A stretch of 64,000 nt of DNA, from NCBI GenBank assembly GCA_951406725.2, contig OX597818.1, forward strand, positions 87,668,001 through 87,732,000, in the 5' to 3' direction. This document shows, in pieces, positions 12,803 to 28,461 of this stretch. Numbering within the stretch: position 1 is the first letter of the stretch; each line of letters begins with the position of its first letter. A program made the translations under genes and the position numbers. The notes beneath the pieces are model-generated. The model saw nothing but the letters and a program-made list of their open reading frames with translations, was not told the DNA's origin and did not search any database. The DNA comes from Octopus vulgaris (lineage: Eukaryota).

Positions 12803-14129
12803 TGTGTTTGTGTGTGCTTGTTTTTATATATACACGTATGCACACACACACACACACACAGTTAAATACTCAAGAAAGAAGAAGACGGGAACAGATGAGA
12901 CATTAGTAGGAGGGGTTGTCGTCATGAGAACGGCAATAGCGTTTGTGATGTTCACGAACGTTAATGGCGATGGTTGTTATTGTAATGGCGGTTGGCGGTT
13001 ATACTACCGGACATTGTGATGCTGGTAATGGTGGCAATGTTTAACGTCGACGGTATGGTACAGCCATGACATAGCTGTGAGCATTAGGCCTGTATTTAAT
13101 GGTGTTTGTATTATACTAACGTTAATAGTATATTCATAGTTGTTGTTATTGTTATTGTTGTTGTTGTTGTTGTTGTTGTTCAACCCTAGATCGACTCTGA
13201 CACGTTGACCATATAACCAATGGCATTCGAACTCTAACCTTCCCAATGAATTTTCGGAAGTATTACACCCGGGTCCACATTATTCAGTGCATCTGGTTCT
13301 TGTTTTAAAAGCAGAAGGTGTGATATGATAAAGATTTGACTGATATTTCTAGTATATTGAGCTAGTTGTTGGTTTTGACGGCTACAGTAACAGTGCTGGT
13401 AAAGATGGAGGTGTTGGTGGTGTTGATGGAGAGGAAGTTAGTGTTGGAGGTGGTGGCGATTTGCTTTAGTGTTGACGGTGACGGGAAGGAAAGCTATTGA
13501 ACAATGTCAGGTCAACCTTTGACCCAATCGCATTGCTATGGTAACGCAATTTTCGCTATACTATAAAGGGACGTAATGTGATGGAGAGGGAAATAGGCTG
13601 GGAGTGGGGTAACATAGGATAGAGAAGGTGAGATGAGGTTGGGGTGAACGTGGAGTTGGATGGGAAAGAATTACATTAGGTAGTGTGTGAGGGGGTTACC
13701 CAGAGGTCGCTTAATCTTGGTAAACTACGCATTGGAATTAATAGACAGGGACTTAGTGAAAGGGTCCCCCGTGTTCTCTCCATCTCCAACAGCTCCCTCT
13801 ATACATACGTATGCACTGGGTAAGTAGCCTGCAGTTGCCTTAAATACACATAAATACAGACTCACATATACAGGTATCCACACGGACACACACACACACA
13901 CAAACAAACACGAACATAGGGAAAAATCATGAGCTGAATGATATACATATAACGAAAAGACATACATATGCCCACATACATACACACATAAATATCTAAA
14001 TAAATATATAATTGGGTAAATATATATATGTGCATATATATACATATATATATAAATGTGTGTATACACACACATATATAAATGCGTGTATACCCGCATA
14101 TATATGTGTGTAAATATGTATATATGTGC

Positions 14130-14169
<40 letters not shown>

Positions 14170-14308
14170 CAATAATAATTCTCTAAAAGAGATATAGACA
14201 GTAACTGCTCGATAACATAAGGGACTAAAGCCATCTGAATATGGCTAGGGACAGGGCAGGGTGGTGGGGGTGTTACTGTTAGAATTCGTCGAGGAAGCGG
14301 AAGCCTAC

Positions 14309-14354
14309 CACACGCCGACGATAGGCAATACACCTTGAAACCATGGTCCGTGTG
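14309..14354 (+). ncRNA. Type I hammerhead ribozyme
   Basis: cacacg CCGACGA t agg-caataca-cct t GAAA ccatgg TC cgtgtg; predicted GUC cleavage after 14348. Confidence 0.85.
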
Positions 14355-14668
14355 TGGTTTCCGCTTCATCGGGGAATTACCTCCCTTTGCAGGTTAAGGG
14401 CACCGTGACGGTGTCGAGCCTTTCTGGTGACGTCGATGTTCGCCTGGGGCTAAATGCAACAGTAACACCCCCACCACCCTGCCCTGTCCCTAGCCATATT
14501 CAGATGGCTTTAGTCCCTTATGTTATCGAGCAGTTACTGTCTATATCTCTTTTAGAGAATTATTATTGCTTTCGAACAGATTTTCGAAATCAGCAAATGT
14601 ATTTTGCTTGAAAATCTATATATGAATGTCCTGCAGAGTGAGAATTCGTCGAGGAAGCGGAAGCCTAC

Positions 14669-14714
14669 TACACGCCGACGATAGGCAATACACCTTGAAA
14701 CCATGGTCCGTGTG
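14669..14714 (+). ncRNA. Type I hammerhead ribozyme (second tandem copy)
   Basis: Identical core 360 bp downstream; predicted cleavage after 14708. Confidence 0.85.
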
Positions 14715-14875
14715 TGGTTTCCGCTTCATCGGGGAATTACCTCCCTTTGCAGGTTAAGGGCACCGTGACGGTGTCGAGCCTTTCTGGTGACGTCGATGTT
14801 CGCCTGGGGCTAAATGCAACAGTAACACCCCCACCACCCTGCCCTGTCCCTAGCCATATTCAGATGGCTTTAGTC

Positions 14876-14927
<52 letters not shown>

Positions 14928-15251
14928 TGAAGGCGCGTGGCTTAGTGGTTAGGGGCATTCGGCACATGATCGTAAGGTAGTGAATTCAATTCCAGGAGGT
15001 GCGTTGTGTCCTTGAGCAAGACACTTTATTTCACGTTGCTCCAGTCCACTCAGATGGCAAAAATGAGTTGTACCTGTATTTCAAAGGGTCAGCCTTGTTA
15101 CGCTCTGTGTCACGCTGAATCTCCCCGAGAACTATGTTAAGGGTACACGTGTTTGTGGAGTGCTCAGCCACTTGCACGTTAATTTCACTAGCAAAGCTGT
15201 TCCGTTGATCGTATCAACTGGGACCCTCGTCGTCGCAACCGACGGAGTGCT
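14928..15251 (+). mobile_element. tRNA-derived SINE family 3
   Basis: aggcgcgtggcttagtggttaggg head; tail ccctcgtcgtcgcaaccgacggagtgc. Confidence 0.85.
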
Positions 15252-15259
15252 CCTTTCTT

Positions 15260-15794
<535 letters not shown>

Positions 15795-15820
15795 TGTACG
15801 TATGTACGTATGTATGTATG

Positions 15821-15854
<34 letters not shown>

Positions 15855-16113
15855 TGTATGTATGTATGCATGTAGTGTCCTGTTCCGTGATGACATGATC
15901 AACAGTAAAGTACCTCATCTGGTGAGAGACAAAATTTTACTTAATAAACACATAATATATTTTTATGAACTGTTAATAGTCTCATGCGATGAAAACAACT
16001 CAGACGGCATTTTATTATACCAGACGTGTTATAAAATGCTGTCTGAGTTGTTTTCATAGCATGAGACAACTAGAAGCTCATAAAAATATATACTGTGTCT
16101 GTGTGTCTGTCTG

Positions 16114-16190
<77 letters not shown>

Positions 16191-16582
16191 ATAAATACAG
16201 TGTACATTTAAACAAAGAAGAGGTATCCAGGTGGTAGATGGTAAATGTTTTATTTTTCATTCCTTCGAAGTTTTATCCCTAACAGTGATTTGGGCTTTTG
16301 CTGTCCCTTCTAGCGTGCCAGGAATCCCATGACGGATACCTCCTATGTGTTTGAATGTACACTGTATTTATATGAATAATATATAGTCTATTGACTAATT
16401 TTTCTATACGCTAGGCCACTAGTAGTAAAACAATTTCTAAAATCTTTATTACTCTGATATTGTTAATTCTCTCTGTCTCTCTCAGTCTCTCTCTGTCTCT
16501 CTCTGTCTCTGTGTCTCTCCCTCTCTCTCTGTGTCTCTCTCTGTCTCTCTCTCTCTCTACACACACACACATATATTCTTAT

Positions 16583-16837
16583 ATTTGACTGCAGCCATGT
16601 TGGAGCATCGCCTTTAGTCGAACAAATCGACTCCCAGGACTTATTCTTTGTAAGCCTAGTAGTTATTCTGTCGGTCGCTATTGTCGAACCGCTAAGTTTC
16701 GGGGACGTAAACACACCAAGTTCGGTTGTCAAGCGATGGTTGGGTACAAACATAGACACACAAACACACATATATATAAATGCATTTATATAATATAATA
16801 TATATATATATACGATGGTCATCTTTCAGTTTTCGTC
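16583..16837 (-). mobile_element. SINE family 1 (partial)
   Basis: Matches family 3' half. Confidence 0.75.
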
Positions 16838-16857
16838 TATATATGTATATACATATA

Positions 16858-17400
16858 TATACAAAATACAAAAAGGGACAAGAACGCAAAACATCCGGGC
16901 AACTAAGTGATACAAAAAGGGACAACAAACATCCAGATAGACGATACAAAGAAAACAAGGACGGGTCATTCGAAGTTTTCTATCTTCAGTCAAGAACCAG
17001 ATTACCCTCGCAATTTCGGCTTATTATTCTTGAGATTGCTCCAATCTGGCAAGCCCCAAGGAAAAACTAAGCTAAGAGCATTAGATTACTTGGAAGAAAG
17101 CAGCGAATGTATACAAAAACAAGGACGGAAAAAACGGGCAATTTTACACAAATATAAATACAATAAAAAATACAGTAAAAATAAAAACAGGACAAAACAA
17201 CAGGTGTCTTTCAACTAAGGACGATTTGAATTAAGTTGGCTCGTGTGGAAATGAAGCCTTACGGCAGAGAAACAATAATTTCACAAGCACAGGGAAAATA
17301 TCGATGTTGCACGGACCACGGTCAGACCAAGAAAGAAAGAGCATGCTAGCCGATCGGTCACGGGCGAAGAGAAGATAGAGAAGTAGAAGCAGAGGGACAG
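16858..17400 (-). mobile_element. (TA)n-associated non-coding element family D (PLE pLTR-like)
   Basis: Homologous to 17592-18120 and 60460-60950. Confidence 0.65.
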
Positions 17401-17411
17401 AAGAATTAAGG

Positions 17412-17530
<119 letters not shown>

Positions 17531-17548
17531 GTATATATATAATATATA

Positions 17549-17591
<43 letters not shown>

Positions 17592-17592
<1 letters not shown>

Positions 17593-18120
17593 TACAAAAT
17601 GGGACAAGAACGCAAAACACTCAAATAGACGACACAAAAAACGGACGGATCATTCAAAGCCTCTAATCTTCAGTCAAGAACTGGATCATCCTCGCAATTT
17701 CGGCTGATTAATCTTGAGATCGCTCCGATCCGGCCAGCTCCTAGGAAAAATTAAGCTACGAGCATTAGATTTCTTGGAAAAAGGATAGAATGTATACGAA
17801 ACAGGGACAGAAAAACGGACGATGCCACACGAATATAAATACAGAAAACAATAATAGTAATAACAGGACAAAAACAGCGGGTGTCTTACGACTTTAGACA
17901 GTTCAACTTAGCTTAGCTGGCGTATTTGGAAAATAATGCCTTACGGCAGACGAGGAAATCGATGTTGTCGTGGCGGTGCTCAGAAGCCGAAAGGCTAGTT
18001 GACCGGCGGTCACGTGAGAGGAGAAGAGAAAGAAAAAAGGGGGCAAAAAAATCAAAGAGAGAGAGAGAGAGAAAAAGTAGGACAAAGGCACCAAAGAAGG
18101 GGAGAAGAGAGAGAGGGAAT
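17592..18120 (-). mobile_element. Family D element, diverged second copy
   Basis: Homologous to 16858-17400; (TA)n on both sides. Confidence 0.65.
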
Positions 18121-18146
18121 ATATATATATATATATATATATATAT

Positions 18147-18326
18147 TCTTTTCTACTCTAGACATAAGGCCCGAAATTTTTGGGGAGCGGGAAGTCGATT
18201 AGATGGACCCCAGTACGCAACTGGTACTTAATTTATCGACCCCGAAAGGATGAAAGGCAAAGTCGACCTCAGTGGAATTTGAACTCAGAACATAGAGACA
18301 GACGAAATACCGCTAAGCATTTCGTG
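18147..18326 (-). mobile_element. SINE family 2 (partial)
   Basis: Reverse complement of family consensus. Confidence 0.75.
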
Positions 18327-18357
18327 GCGCTCAATTAAATAATGATAATAATAAATA

Positions 18358-18392
<35 letters not shown>

Positions 18393-19715
18393 CATATACG
18401 CACTCACACACACAACAAATTTTCAATTAAACTCACCTATTACACAGCAACAAATCTACGATCCATAATTGCTTCCTCTAATAGACGCAAACTATGCCGC
18501 TTTACGGTAGACCCCATGATCTATCCTCCTGAGCCCCAGCCCAAACCACTTGATAGTAATAAAACTTCCCTTAGGAGTCCTACTCGATTCAATAATTCCT
18601 ACCACGGTACTACTGACCCTGCTTCTAGCGACCACATATAACAGCAGTGAGACCCTCTAATAGCCCAACACCGGTAACGATAGTACATCCTGTTCTTCTT
18701 TAGAGATAGAGACCGAAAGGAAATTGACCGCCATAGGGATCAATCGATTGTAGGAAAACCTGTAATTTCCGTATCTCCCAAGTCTGTCCTCTTGATAGTT
18801 TATTTTTGCGCTCTAACGTAGTGTATAAATGCCGGGTAATAACACGCATACAACAGGTTAGAGTCTACATTGACGGCACTATTGATTTCATGCACCACAA
18901 CCGAACTCACTGAATTCATTCTCAAATGAACTCTCTACACTCCTGGCAACATATATATATATATATATATATATGAATGCATGCATGCATGCATGCATGT
19001 ATGTATGTATGTATGTATGTATGTATGTATGTATGTATGTATGTATGTATGTATGTATGTATTTATATGCATATATATATTCACACGCACACACACAACA
19101 TCAGTCTCGAAATATTCTCCATACCATATCCTGATCCATATTCACCAAGGTTCCCCCATACAATACAAACCTTGTTATTCAATAGGTTCTCTGACGTAAT
19201 ATTTCCATGTAGGCACAAATCTTACTCCTCGTTTGCTTATCCCGTAAAGTCTCGAGAATTTCTCCTAAGTACAATTCAACCCTAACTTACCAGTTAGCTA
19301 TGCAGGCAACATATCTCTTCTCTTTCTTAGCACTTCGGCAAAAAGTTCCCATAGAATAAGTATGAGGCTTCATAAAATGGGTACTGGCATCGATTCGTTC
19401 AACTAAAGCTGATCAAAACAGTGCTCCAGCATGTCCGCAGTCTCATGACTGGAACAAGAAAAAAGTAAAAGAATAAATATATATATTCTTTTATTATCAT
19501 TCTTTTACTTGTTTCAATCATTTTACTGCGGCCATGCAGGAGCACCGCCTTTAGTCGAACAAATCAACCTCAGTACTTATTCTTTGTAAGACTTGTATTT
19601 ATTCTTTCGGTCTCTTTTGCCGAACCGCTAAGATATGGGGACATACGTACACAAACACCAGTTGTCAAGCGATGGGGACAAACACAGACACACAAGTACA
19701 TACATACAAGCATAC

Positions 19716-19772
<57 letters not shown>

Positions 19773-19840
19773 CACATACACACACACATATAGATATATA
19801 TATATCAGCGCTGGATTAACCATTATGCAAAATAAACATG

Positions 19841-19998
19841 TAGGCATAGGAGTGGCTGTGTGGTAAGGAGCTTGCTTACTAACCACATGGTTCTAGGTTC
19901 AGTCTGCGTGACACCTTGGGCAAGTGTCTTCTACTATAGCCTCGGGCCGAGCAAGGTCTTGAGGGGATTTGGTAGATGGAAATGGAAAGAAGACCGTC

Positions 19999-20064
<66 letters not shown>

Positions 20065-20318
20065 ATGAGCGTGCGTGTGTGTGTTTGTGTGTCTGTGTTT
20101 GTCACTCCAACATCGCTTGACAACCGATGCTGGTGTGTTTACGTCCCCGTTATCTAGCGGTTCGGCAAAAAGTGACCGATAGAATAAGTACTAGGCTTAC
20201 AAAGAATAAGTCCTGGCGCCAATTTGCTCGACTAAAGGCGGTGCTCCAGCATGACCGCAGTCGAATGACTGAAACAAGAATGACTGAAACAAGTAAAAGA
20301 ATTACAGAATAAAAGAAT
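19841..20318 (+). mobile_element. SINE family 1, full length
   Basis: ggagtggctgtgtggtaag head to gactgaaacaagtaaaaga tail. Confidence 0.85.
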
Positions 20319-20399
20319 AGGGCATCAAAGGAAGGGAGAACACCACATAAATGGTAAATGGTTTACCACACAAAAGAAAAATAACTTTAAATTTACTGA

Positions 20400-20669
20400 A
20401 ATATACGGGATGTCTTATCTATTAAATATAGAAGGAGATGTATTATGAAGGATTAATTTTGAGGATCTGATCAAAGACTATGGAATCCTAAAAATAAGAA
20501 AACTTTTCAAATATAAATAAAGTGGAAATGCTCAAAAATAAACAGTATTTTCCATTTTACTGTTAGTTTTTCTTTTTTTCATTTTGACAAATAAAAATTT
20601 TATTTTTTAGTTTATTATTTTGAATTTGCATATTTATGGCGGCTCCAAAATCTTTTAAGTGCTTTGGGC

Positions 20670-20670
<1 letters not shown>
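20400..20670 (+). mobile_element. hAT-like transposase C-terminal remnant
   Basis: IEGDVL*RINFEDLIKDYGILKIRK resembles the end of a hAT dimerisation domain. Confidence 0.35.
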
Positions 20671-20729
<59 letters not shown>

Positions 20730-20854
20730 CCACTATATATGGAAAACATATATAGTCTGCTTGGAATCTTACTTCAGATTCATGGAACTCACTCCTATAA
20801 CTTCATAAGGATATTTACACTCTCTAAGAATATATGGAAAACCTATAATGTGAT

Positions 20855-20939
20855 TTAGCTGACGAATACTTGACATTACATTTGCTGTAATATTTGCAGC
20901 TTGAAATTAAATGTTTTTAGTATGAAACAATTGTACTAA
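20855..20939 (+). ncRNA. Type I hammerhead ribozyme with extended stem II
   Basis: ttag CTGACGA atact...agtat GAAA caattg TA ctaa; within a ~360-bp element between (TA)n tracts. Confidence 0.85.
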
Positions 20940-21082
20940 TCTACCGATCCATTCTTGTTGCTTTTTTTCTTGGTTATAACCACCCCACATAATTTTATGG
21001 TTAATACCATAAAGAATCCTGGTGCATCTAAGTTAAGTACCATATTCATTTGAATTCATTTGAATCTTAATTGTTTTTGCTG

Positions 21083-21142
<60 letters not shown>

Positions 21143-21893
21143 GGGAAAACAAATTTCCAAATCAATCAGGTGCAACCCTTCAGCATTATATGCATCTACA
21201 TATCGTACTTTGTGGTCTTATTTATCGTATATTTATATAATTATTCATAAATATACAAAGAATCTGATAAAATTCAATATTAATTCAATTTTGGGGGATT
21301 AATCGATATGCGATTATTCTATTTCAGATAATACAAAAATAACCTAATGAGTATATCTGACAGTAAACTCATGGTATCAGTTCGCATCTCACGAAGTAAC
21401 ACTTAAAGGATATAACCAAAATTTACCAGCAGGGTATATAATCTACTTCGTTAACTATATCCTACTTTAGTTGATACTTATATTTATTAAATATGAAGGA
21501 ACTACACGTGTTTCAGTTTTGGAAGATTACAATATATATACATATACACAACTGTATACCCATATATATACATATATAGATATATGCAATCGTCAAATTT
21601 ACAATTATTATAACACATCTTCAGGTTCTACTTCAAAATAATAAATATCTAATTTTACATCCCTCTAAAAATAAGCAATACAATAAAGTATTAAGGATTA
21701 AAAATTAAGAATAAAAATTGCTCTTTGTAATATTTAGTTTTAAAATTTATAAATTATACGTTATAAATATGAATTAGTATATATATATCAATCCTATAAA
21801 ATCAAATATATGTCAAATACAGAATGTGAGATATAAAATTAAACATCAGAATAAAAATGTTTGTGTTTAAATATAACAAAAAAATTCCAATAC

Positions 21894-21991
<98 letters not shown>

Positions 21992-22006
21992 ATGTGTGTG
22001 TATATG

Positions 22007-22049
<43 letters not shown>

Positions 22050-22196
22050 ATGTATATATATATACATATATATGTTTGTACACATGTACAAACACACACA
22101 AATTCATGTGCTGATTTGAATTTTTCTGCCCCAAAAAGATTTTCAACCTAATATATTCACGTGATATTATTTATAGCTTCATATATATGCATTTAC

Positions 22197-22273
<77 letters not shown>

Positions 22274-23158
22274 CATATATGAATATATGTGTATATACAT
22301 TTATATGTATATATACATTATATGTATGTGTATATATATATATGTGTGTGTATGTATATAAAGAGAGAGAGAGAAAGGGAGAGAGGGGGAAAGATAGATA
22401 ATGATGCAAATAAACGCGATTAGGCTTGAAATGTCCTGAAGTGTACTCTGTGATGCCATGACGCAATTATATTTATTAGTGTGTGTGTATGTGAGTGCGT
22501 GCGCGCACGTGTGTGTATTCATTTATAAATGTGTGGTAGGTGATGTAGTGCTTATGTAACTGAAGCAGATTACGAACCAGCTGTCAACTAAGGAATGATA
22601 CATCTATTCTCTCACTCTACTTCTCTTATCTAGTCGATATGTATATGTGCGTGTGTTTGTGTGTGTGTGTGTGTGTATGTGTGTGTATATATGTACACGA
22701 TTCAAGGAGTTTTCGTCAGGTCACTTAACTAATTGGCATGCACTCTGAGTGTCCAAATAGGTATGCCACTAAAATTCCGGTTGAGCTGTAGCTGTATATG
22801 TGATTTTGTGCCTGCCTTCCTAAAGTGGCTGGAAGTAGCTTCCCTTTGAGCAGGTAGGTGTAGATTATCGCAGAAAGGAAAAGGCAAACGGTGTGCCAAG
22901 ACTTAACAAGGGCATTTAATTTAACTATATCATAAAAAAGTTTACATAGTCTCTGAAAGCTGTTTCTAGAATATTCCAGCTATTGGAACATCGTGCTGAG
23001 CGAAGATTCCATAGGTCGGGTATTCCGTCATCAGAGAGAGAGAGAGAGAGATAGGTTAAAGATATGTACCAGTGGTAAAATATTTCTCATCAATGATATT
23101 ATTGTGATTCATTTTATCTAGAAAAGGAGGAGCAATCGAGTTAAAATACAAACAGTAA

Positions 23159-23193
<35 letters not shown>

Positions 23194-23469
23194 TATCATC
23201 ACCACCATCACCATCACCACCATCATCATCATAAACATCATCATAATCACCATTTTCATCGCATTCCGTCGTACATATAGGTAAACATCAAGGAAAACAG
23301 GCAAGGATTAAAATCCGAAAAAAGCCAGAAAATAAGTACTTGCAATATAAAGCCTTCGGTAAAGAAGAATTTTAATAAGTTGTCTTTCTCTCTCTCCCTC
23401 TTTCACACACACACACACACACACACTCTCTCTCTCTCTCTCTCTCTCTTTCACTGTATCTCTATCTCC

Positions 23470-23770
<301 letters not shown>

Positions 23771-24391
23771 TATATACCTAACCACAGCTGTTCACCACAC
23801 ACGTGTAAAAATACCACCTTGGGGTATTAGAAAACAAAAGGCAAATCGTGGAGTAAGACATGTGAAGTAGGTAAATGGGTAAGGATGCAGTATGGGAAAG
23901 GGGTAGAAGTGTTGATCTCTTTTGAACTTAGTCGAAGATGGTGGCATTCAGGTGACGGTGGCGTTGGTGATTGGTGGTGGTAGTGATGGTATGAGGGTAG
24001 TGGTAGTATTGATAGGGGAGAGATGTTGGTGGGGGTGGTGCCGCAAGCTGCTTTGTCAACTTTCAATTGTTACAACAGTGTGAAGTGACCTGGTCAGTAG
24101 GACAACTTCAGGCCGTCAACAGGGGGATTAATCTAACCCCTTCCTCCTATGCTTTTAACCTCAACACTGTGAGACACACACACATGAAATGTATACCCAA
24201 CACACACACACACGCACGCACGCACGCACACACACATACGCACACACCACACATACATGAACACACATACAAACACACATACACCACACAAAGCACACAA
24301 ACATAAAGGTGCGAGCGTATGTGTGTAGGTGACTGTAAATACAGACACATACACACATACATACATTCTTTTCCTTTTTTTTCTTTTTTCC

Positions 24392-24590
24392 TTTTTATTT
24401 GTTTCAGTCATTTCACTGCGGCCTGGCTGGAGCACCGCCTTTAGTCGAGCAAATCGACGCCAGGACTTATTCTTTGTAAGCCTAGTACTTATTCTATTGA
24501 TCCCTCTTGTCGAACCGCTAAGTGACAGGGATGTAAACACACCAGCATCGGTTGTCAAGCGATGTTGGGGGGACAAACACAGACACACAA

Positions 24591-24651
<61 letters not shown>

Positions 24652-24815
24652 CGACGGGCTTCTTTCAGTTTCCGTCTAGCAAATCCACTCACAAGGCTTT
24701 TGGTCGACCCGAGGCTATAGTAGAAGATACTTGCCCAATGTGCCACGCAGTGGGACTGAAGCCGGAACCATGTGGTTGGTAAGCAAGCTACTTACCACAG
24801 AGCCACTTCTGCGCC
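24392..24815 (-). mobile_element. SINE family 1
   Basis: Matches family consensus. Confidence 0.85.
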
Positions 24816-25234
24816 TATATAAATGAGGGCAATGGCTTAGTGGATAAGGACTTGCTCGCGAGATTGTGGTTTCAATTCCTTGACTGGGTAGTGCGTTGTG
24901 TTCTTGAACAAAATACTTCATTACGCGTTAGTCTGCAATCACCTCGACACCTGACGCGTGGTACACACTTCACCTGTTCAGACAACGTCGATTTGATGGA
25001 GATAGTGAGCTAATGAGCGGCACATATATTTAACCAGTATAAACAAATTATTTGTGCAGGTCGTTAGGAAAAGCTGAACGCTCACACGTCGTCAAAGGAC
25101 GGGAGATTCCATCATACACACACACACACACACACATACACAAACACATACGTATGTATTTATCTATGCATGTATGTATGTATGTATGTATGTATGTATG
25201 TATGTATGTATGTATGTATGTTTGTATGTATGTG

Positions 25235-25550
25235 TGAAGGCGTGTGGCTTAGTGGTAAGGGGCATTCGGCTCATGATCGTGAGTTCAATTCCCGGCAGCG
25301 CGCTGTGTCCTTGAGCAAGACACTTTATTTCCCGTTGCTCCAGTCCACTCGGCTGGCAAATATAAGTAGTACCTGTATTTCAAAGGGCCAGCCTTGTCAA
25401 ACACTGTGTCACGCTGAATCTCTCCGAGAACTACGTTAAGGGTACACATGTCTGTAGAGTGCTCAGCCACTTACACATTAATTTCACGAGCAAGCTGTTC
25501 CGTTGATCGTATCAGCTGGGACCCTCGTCGTCGCAACCGACAGAGTGCTC
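25235..25550 (+). mobile_element. SINE family 3
   Basis: Matches 14928-15251. Confidence 0.85.
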
Positions 25551-26499
25551 CTTTATGTATGTATATATGTATGTATGTATGTAAATAAAGATCCATTACA
25601 AAGAAACGAGCCCTTATTGGGATGTAAAACATCCAATTTTCGCTGGTTAACTGTTTAATAGGCAATATAGTAGGAAAATATTTTCTGCAAAGAATGTATA
25701 TGTATAAGCAATATACAATAATAAAAGGAAAATGGAAAGTTTAAAGTGACATAATTTAATCCATTGACATAGTATAATATCATTATAATATAAAATAAAT
25801 ATAATCCCTACAATTGTTTTAATTCAAACCCAAAACCCAAAAATAATATGGAAATATTTGAGTAAGAATCTCATCAGAGTAAATTGGACGAAAATCATAT
25901 GAGTATTTTGAAATCGTAAAACAGACTGACTGTATATATGCTTATGTTCGTAAGTGTGAGAATCAGTAATTAAATTTTTAAAAAATAAATAAAATAGAAT
26001 AAAAGCTAATATAACGGTTGTAAAATATGCGTGTGTATATATTTCGGTCAATCTTTGCCTTTGTCAGCAACAGCATCAGGTTTTTCTTTGCTTTAGGGCT
26101 GGGGATCGCGTTTTATATTGAACAGATAAGCGATTAGTAATTAAATTTAGTTAGACAGATTTCATTACTGGTTGATCATTCGTTTAACGTAAAAGACAAT
26201 ATAAAAAAAAAAAACTTGGAGCAATTGCTGATATGCACAAAACTTGATTAAACTGGAATGAATCGACTGAAGGAGCACGAAACAACGTTGATTGAAATAT
26301 ATGGATGTACACGAATATGTTAAATAAAACTTGTACACACAGCAAAACACACAAACATATACACTCAGGCATACATATATATGGTGAAGAGCGCGAAGTA
26401 AAACACAGAAAATAGCAAAAAGAGCGGATAAGTTCGTAATATTACTGTGTATACACACATATATAGGCACTCATATACATGTGTACAAGTGCATATGGA

Positions 26500-26501
26500 T
26501 G

Positions 26502-26598
<97 letters not shown>

Positions 26599-26599
26599 A

Positions 26600-26666
<67 letters not shown>

Positions 26667-26667
26667 T
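26500..26667. repeat. (TAC)n(TGC)n(TAC)n microsatellite
   Basis: Directly visible. Confidence 0.95.
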
Positions 26668-27677
26668 GCGTGTGTGTCTGTGTATGCATGTGTGTTTGTA
26701 TGTGCGGGCGTGTGTAATTAGTTTATTCTCCTTATACGTCACACCGCACCCTTTCATACACAATACGATCAAGTTATTAAGTGTATGTGTGTAGTTAGGC
26801 TCTCAGCCCAAACTCTATCTACATTCGATGCGAGGAGATGGTTGTGAGGTGTACATCTGGGACTCTGAATTAATGTTTGCTCCCAATACCCCCACCCCAC
26901 CCCCGCGCTCGCTTACAGTAGCACCCACCCCTACCCCACCTACCAGAACCAGTACACATATTTTCCCTTCTCGTACCATTGTCCATGTAACTCATTCAAT
27001 TACCCACTCACCCAGTCTTCTACACACAAACGCACAGTTAATCTGCAACCATTGTGATGGACTTTTATCAAAACAGTGGATTGTTGACCAAGTGGTTTTA
27101 GACTGGATAAAACACACGTGACCGTCACGGCTCTTGCTAGCGTTATTGTCCATTATGTCGTAGTTGCTGTTGTTGTTGTTGGTGGTGGTGGTGTGTGTAT
27201 CTATTTACATGTATGTGTATGTTTTCATATATCTAAATGCATACACAAACACACACACATATACTGATACATATGTACATACATATATATACATGTTTAA
27301 ATGAATATATATAAATGTATATATAAACACACATATCTACATACATAAGTCCATACGTACACACACACACACACGCACGCATATATACACACACACGTTC
27401 ACATGTGCTTATATATAGTTACACATATATACATATAGCATATATACATACATATATACATACATACACACGCATATTTATAAGTAAGCTTCGGCTTACA
27501 TGCCGTTATGTCGTTGTCAGAATGCGGGTAAGTTTGACGTTTGAAGCCTTAGTTTAATGACGTCAAGAAAGCGGAAACTTCGAAGTCACTGTCAACCTTT
27601 ATCATGTCCATAAAATATAAGCATGTTACTGAGGTGAAATGTGTTCAGTGATCTTTCAATTCAATGATCAATACTTT

Positions 27678-27716
<39 letters not shown>

Positions 27717-27722
27717 CATATG

Positions 27723-27875
<153 letters not shown>

Positions 27876-27917
27876 TATATACAACAGCTGCAACGCACAG
27901 TGTAAAAGAGCCTCATC

Positions 27918-28022
27918 AGGTAACGTAAGCACACCACCATCGGTTGTCAAGCGATGTTGGAGGGACAAACACAGACACAAAAACATATACATACATACAT
28001 ACATACATACATACATACATAC

Positions 28023-28072
<50 letters not shown>

Positions 28073-28229
28073 GGGCTTCTTTCAGTTTCCGTCTACCAAA
28101 TCCACCCACAAGGCTTTCGTCGGAATTAGGTTAGAGTAAAAGATACTTGCTCAAGGTATCACGCAGTGGGACTGAACCCGGTATCATGTGGTTGGGAATC
28201 AAACATTTTAACACATAGCTGCGCCTGCG
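27918..28229 (-). mobile_element. SINE family 1 (partial)
   Basis: Matches family consensus. Confidence 0.75.
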
Positions 28230-28461
28230 CATTTTATAACTTCAGCGGACAAACTGTTTGCTGATTAGTTATTATATCTGGGGACAGATAAATAAACGCG
28301 CACATACACCCACGCACGACCACCCACGCACACACACACACATACTCACACATATATGCACACACATTCATATATATGCTCATGCATGTATGAATGTATG
28401 TAGGTATCTGTGCGTTTCTATGTGTGTGTGTGTGTGTGTGTATTTAATGGTGTTTGTATTC

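Larger units (their letters stand above)
14168..14880 (+). mobile_element. Retrozyme/pLTR-like element: 113-bp inverted segment + 1.67 tandem 360-bp units, in (TA)n
   Basis: 14281-14520 repeats at 14641-14880; 14168-14280 is the reverse complement of 14458-14570. Confidence 0.9.

Noticed and set aside
14354-14923. Duplicated 85/69-aa ORFs
   Set aside because: Lie within the HHR tandem unit; non-ATG start and no homology
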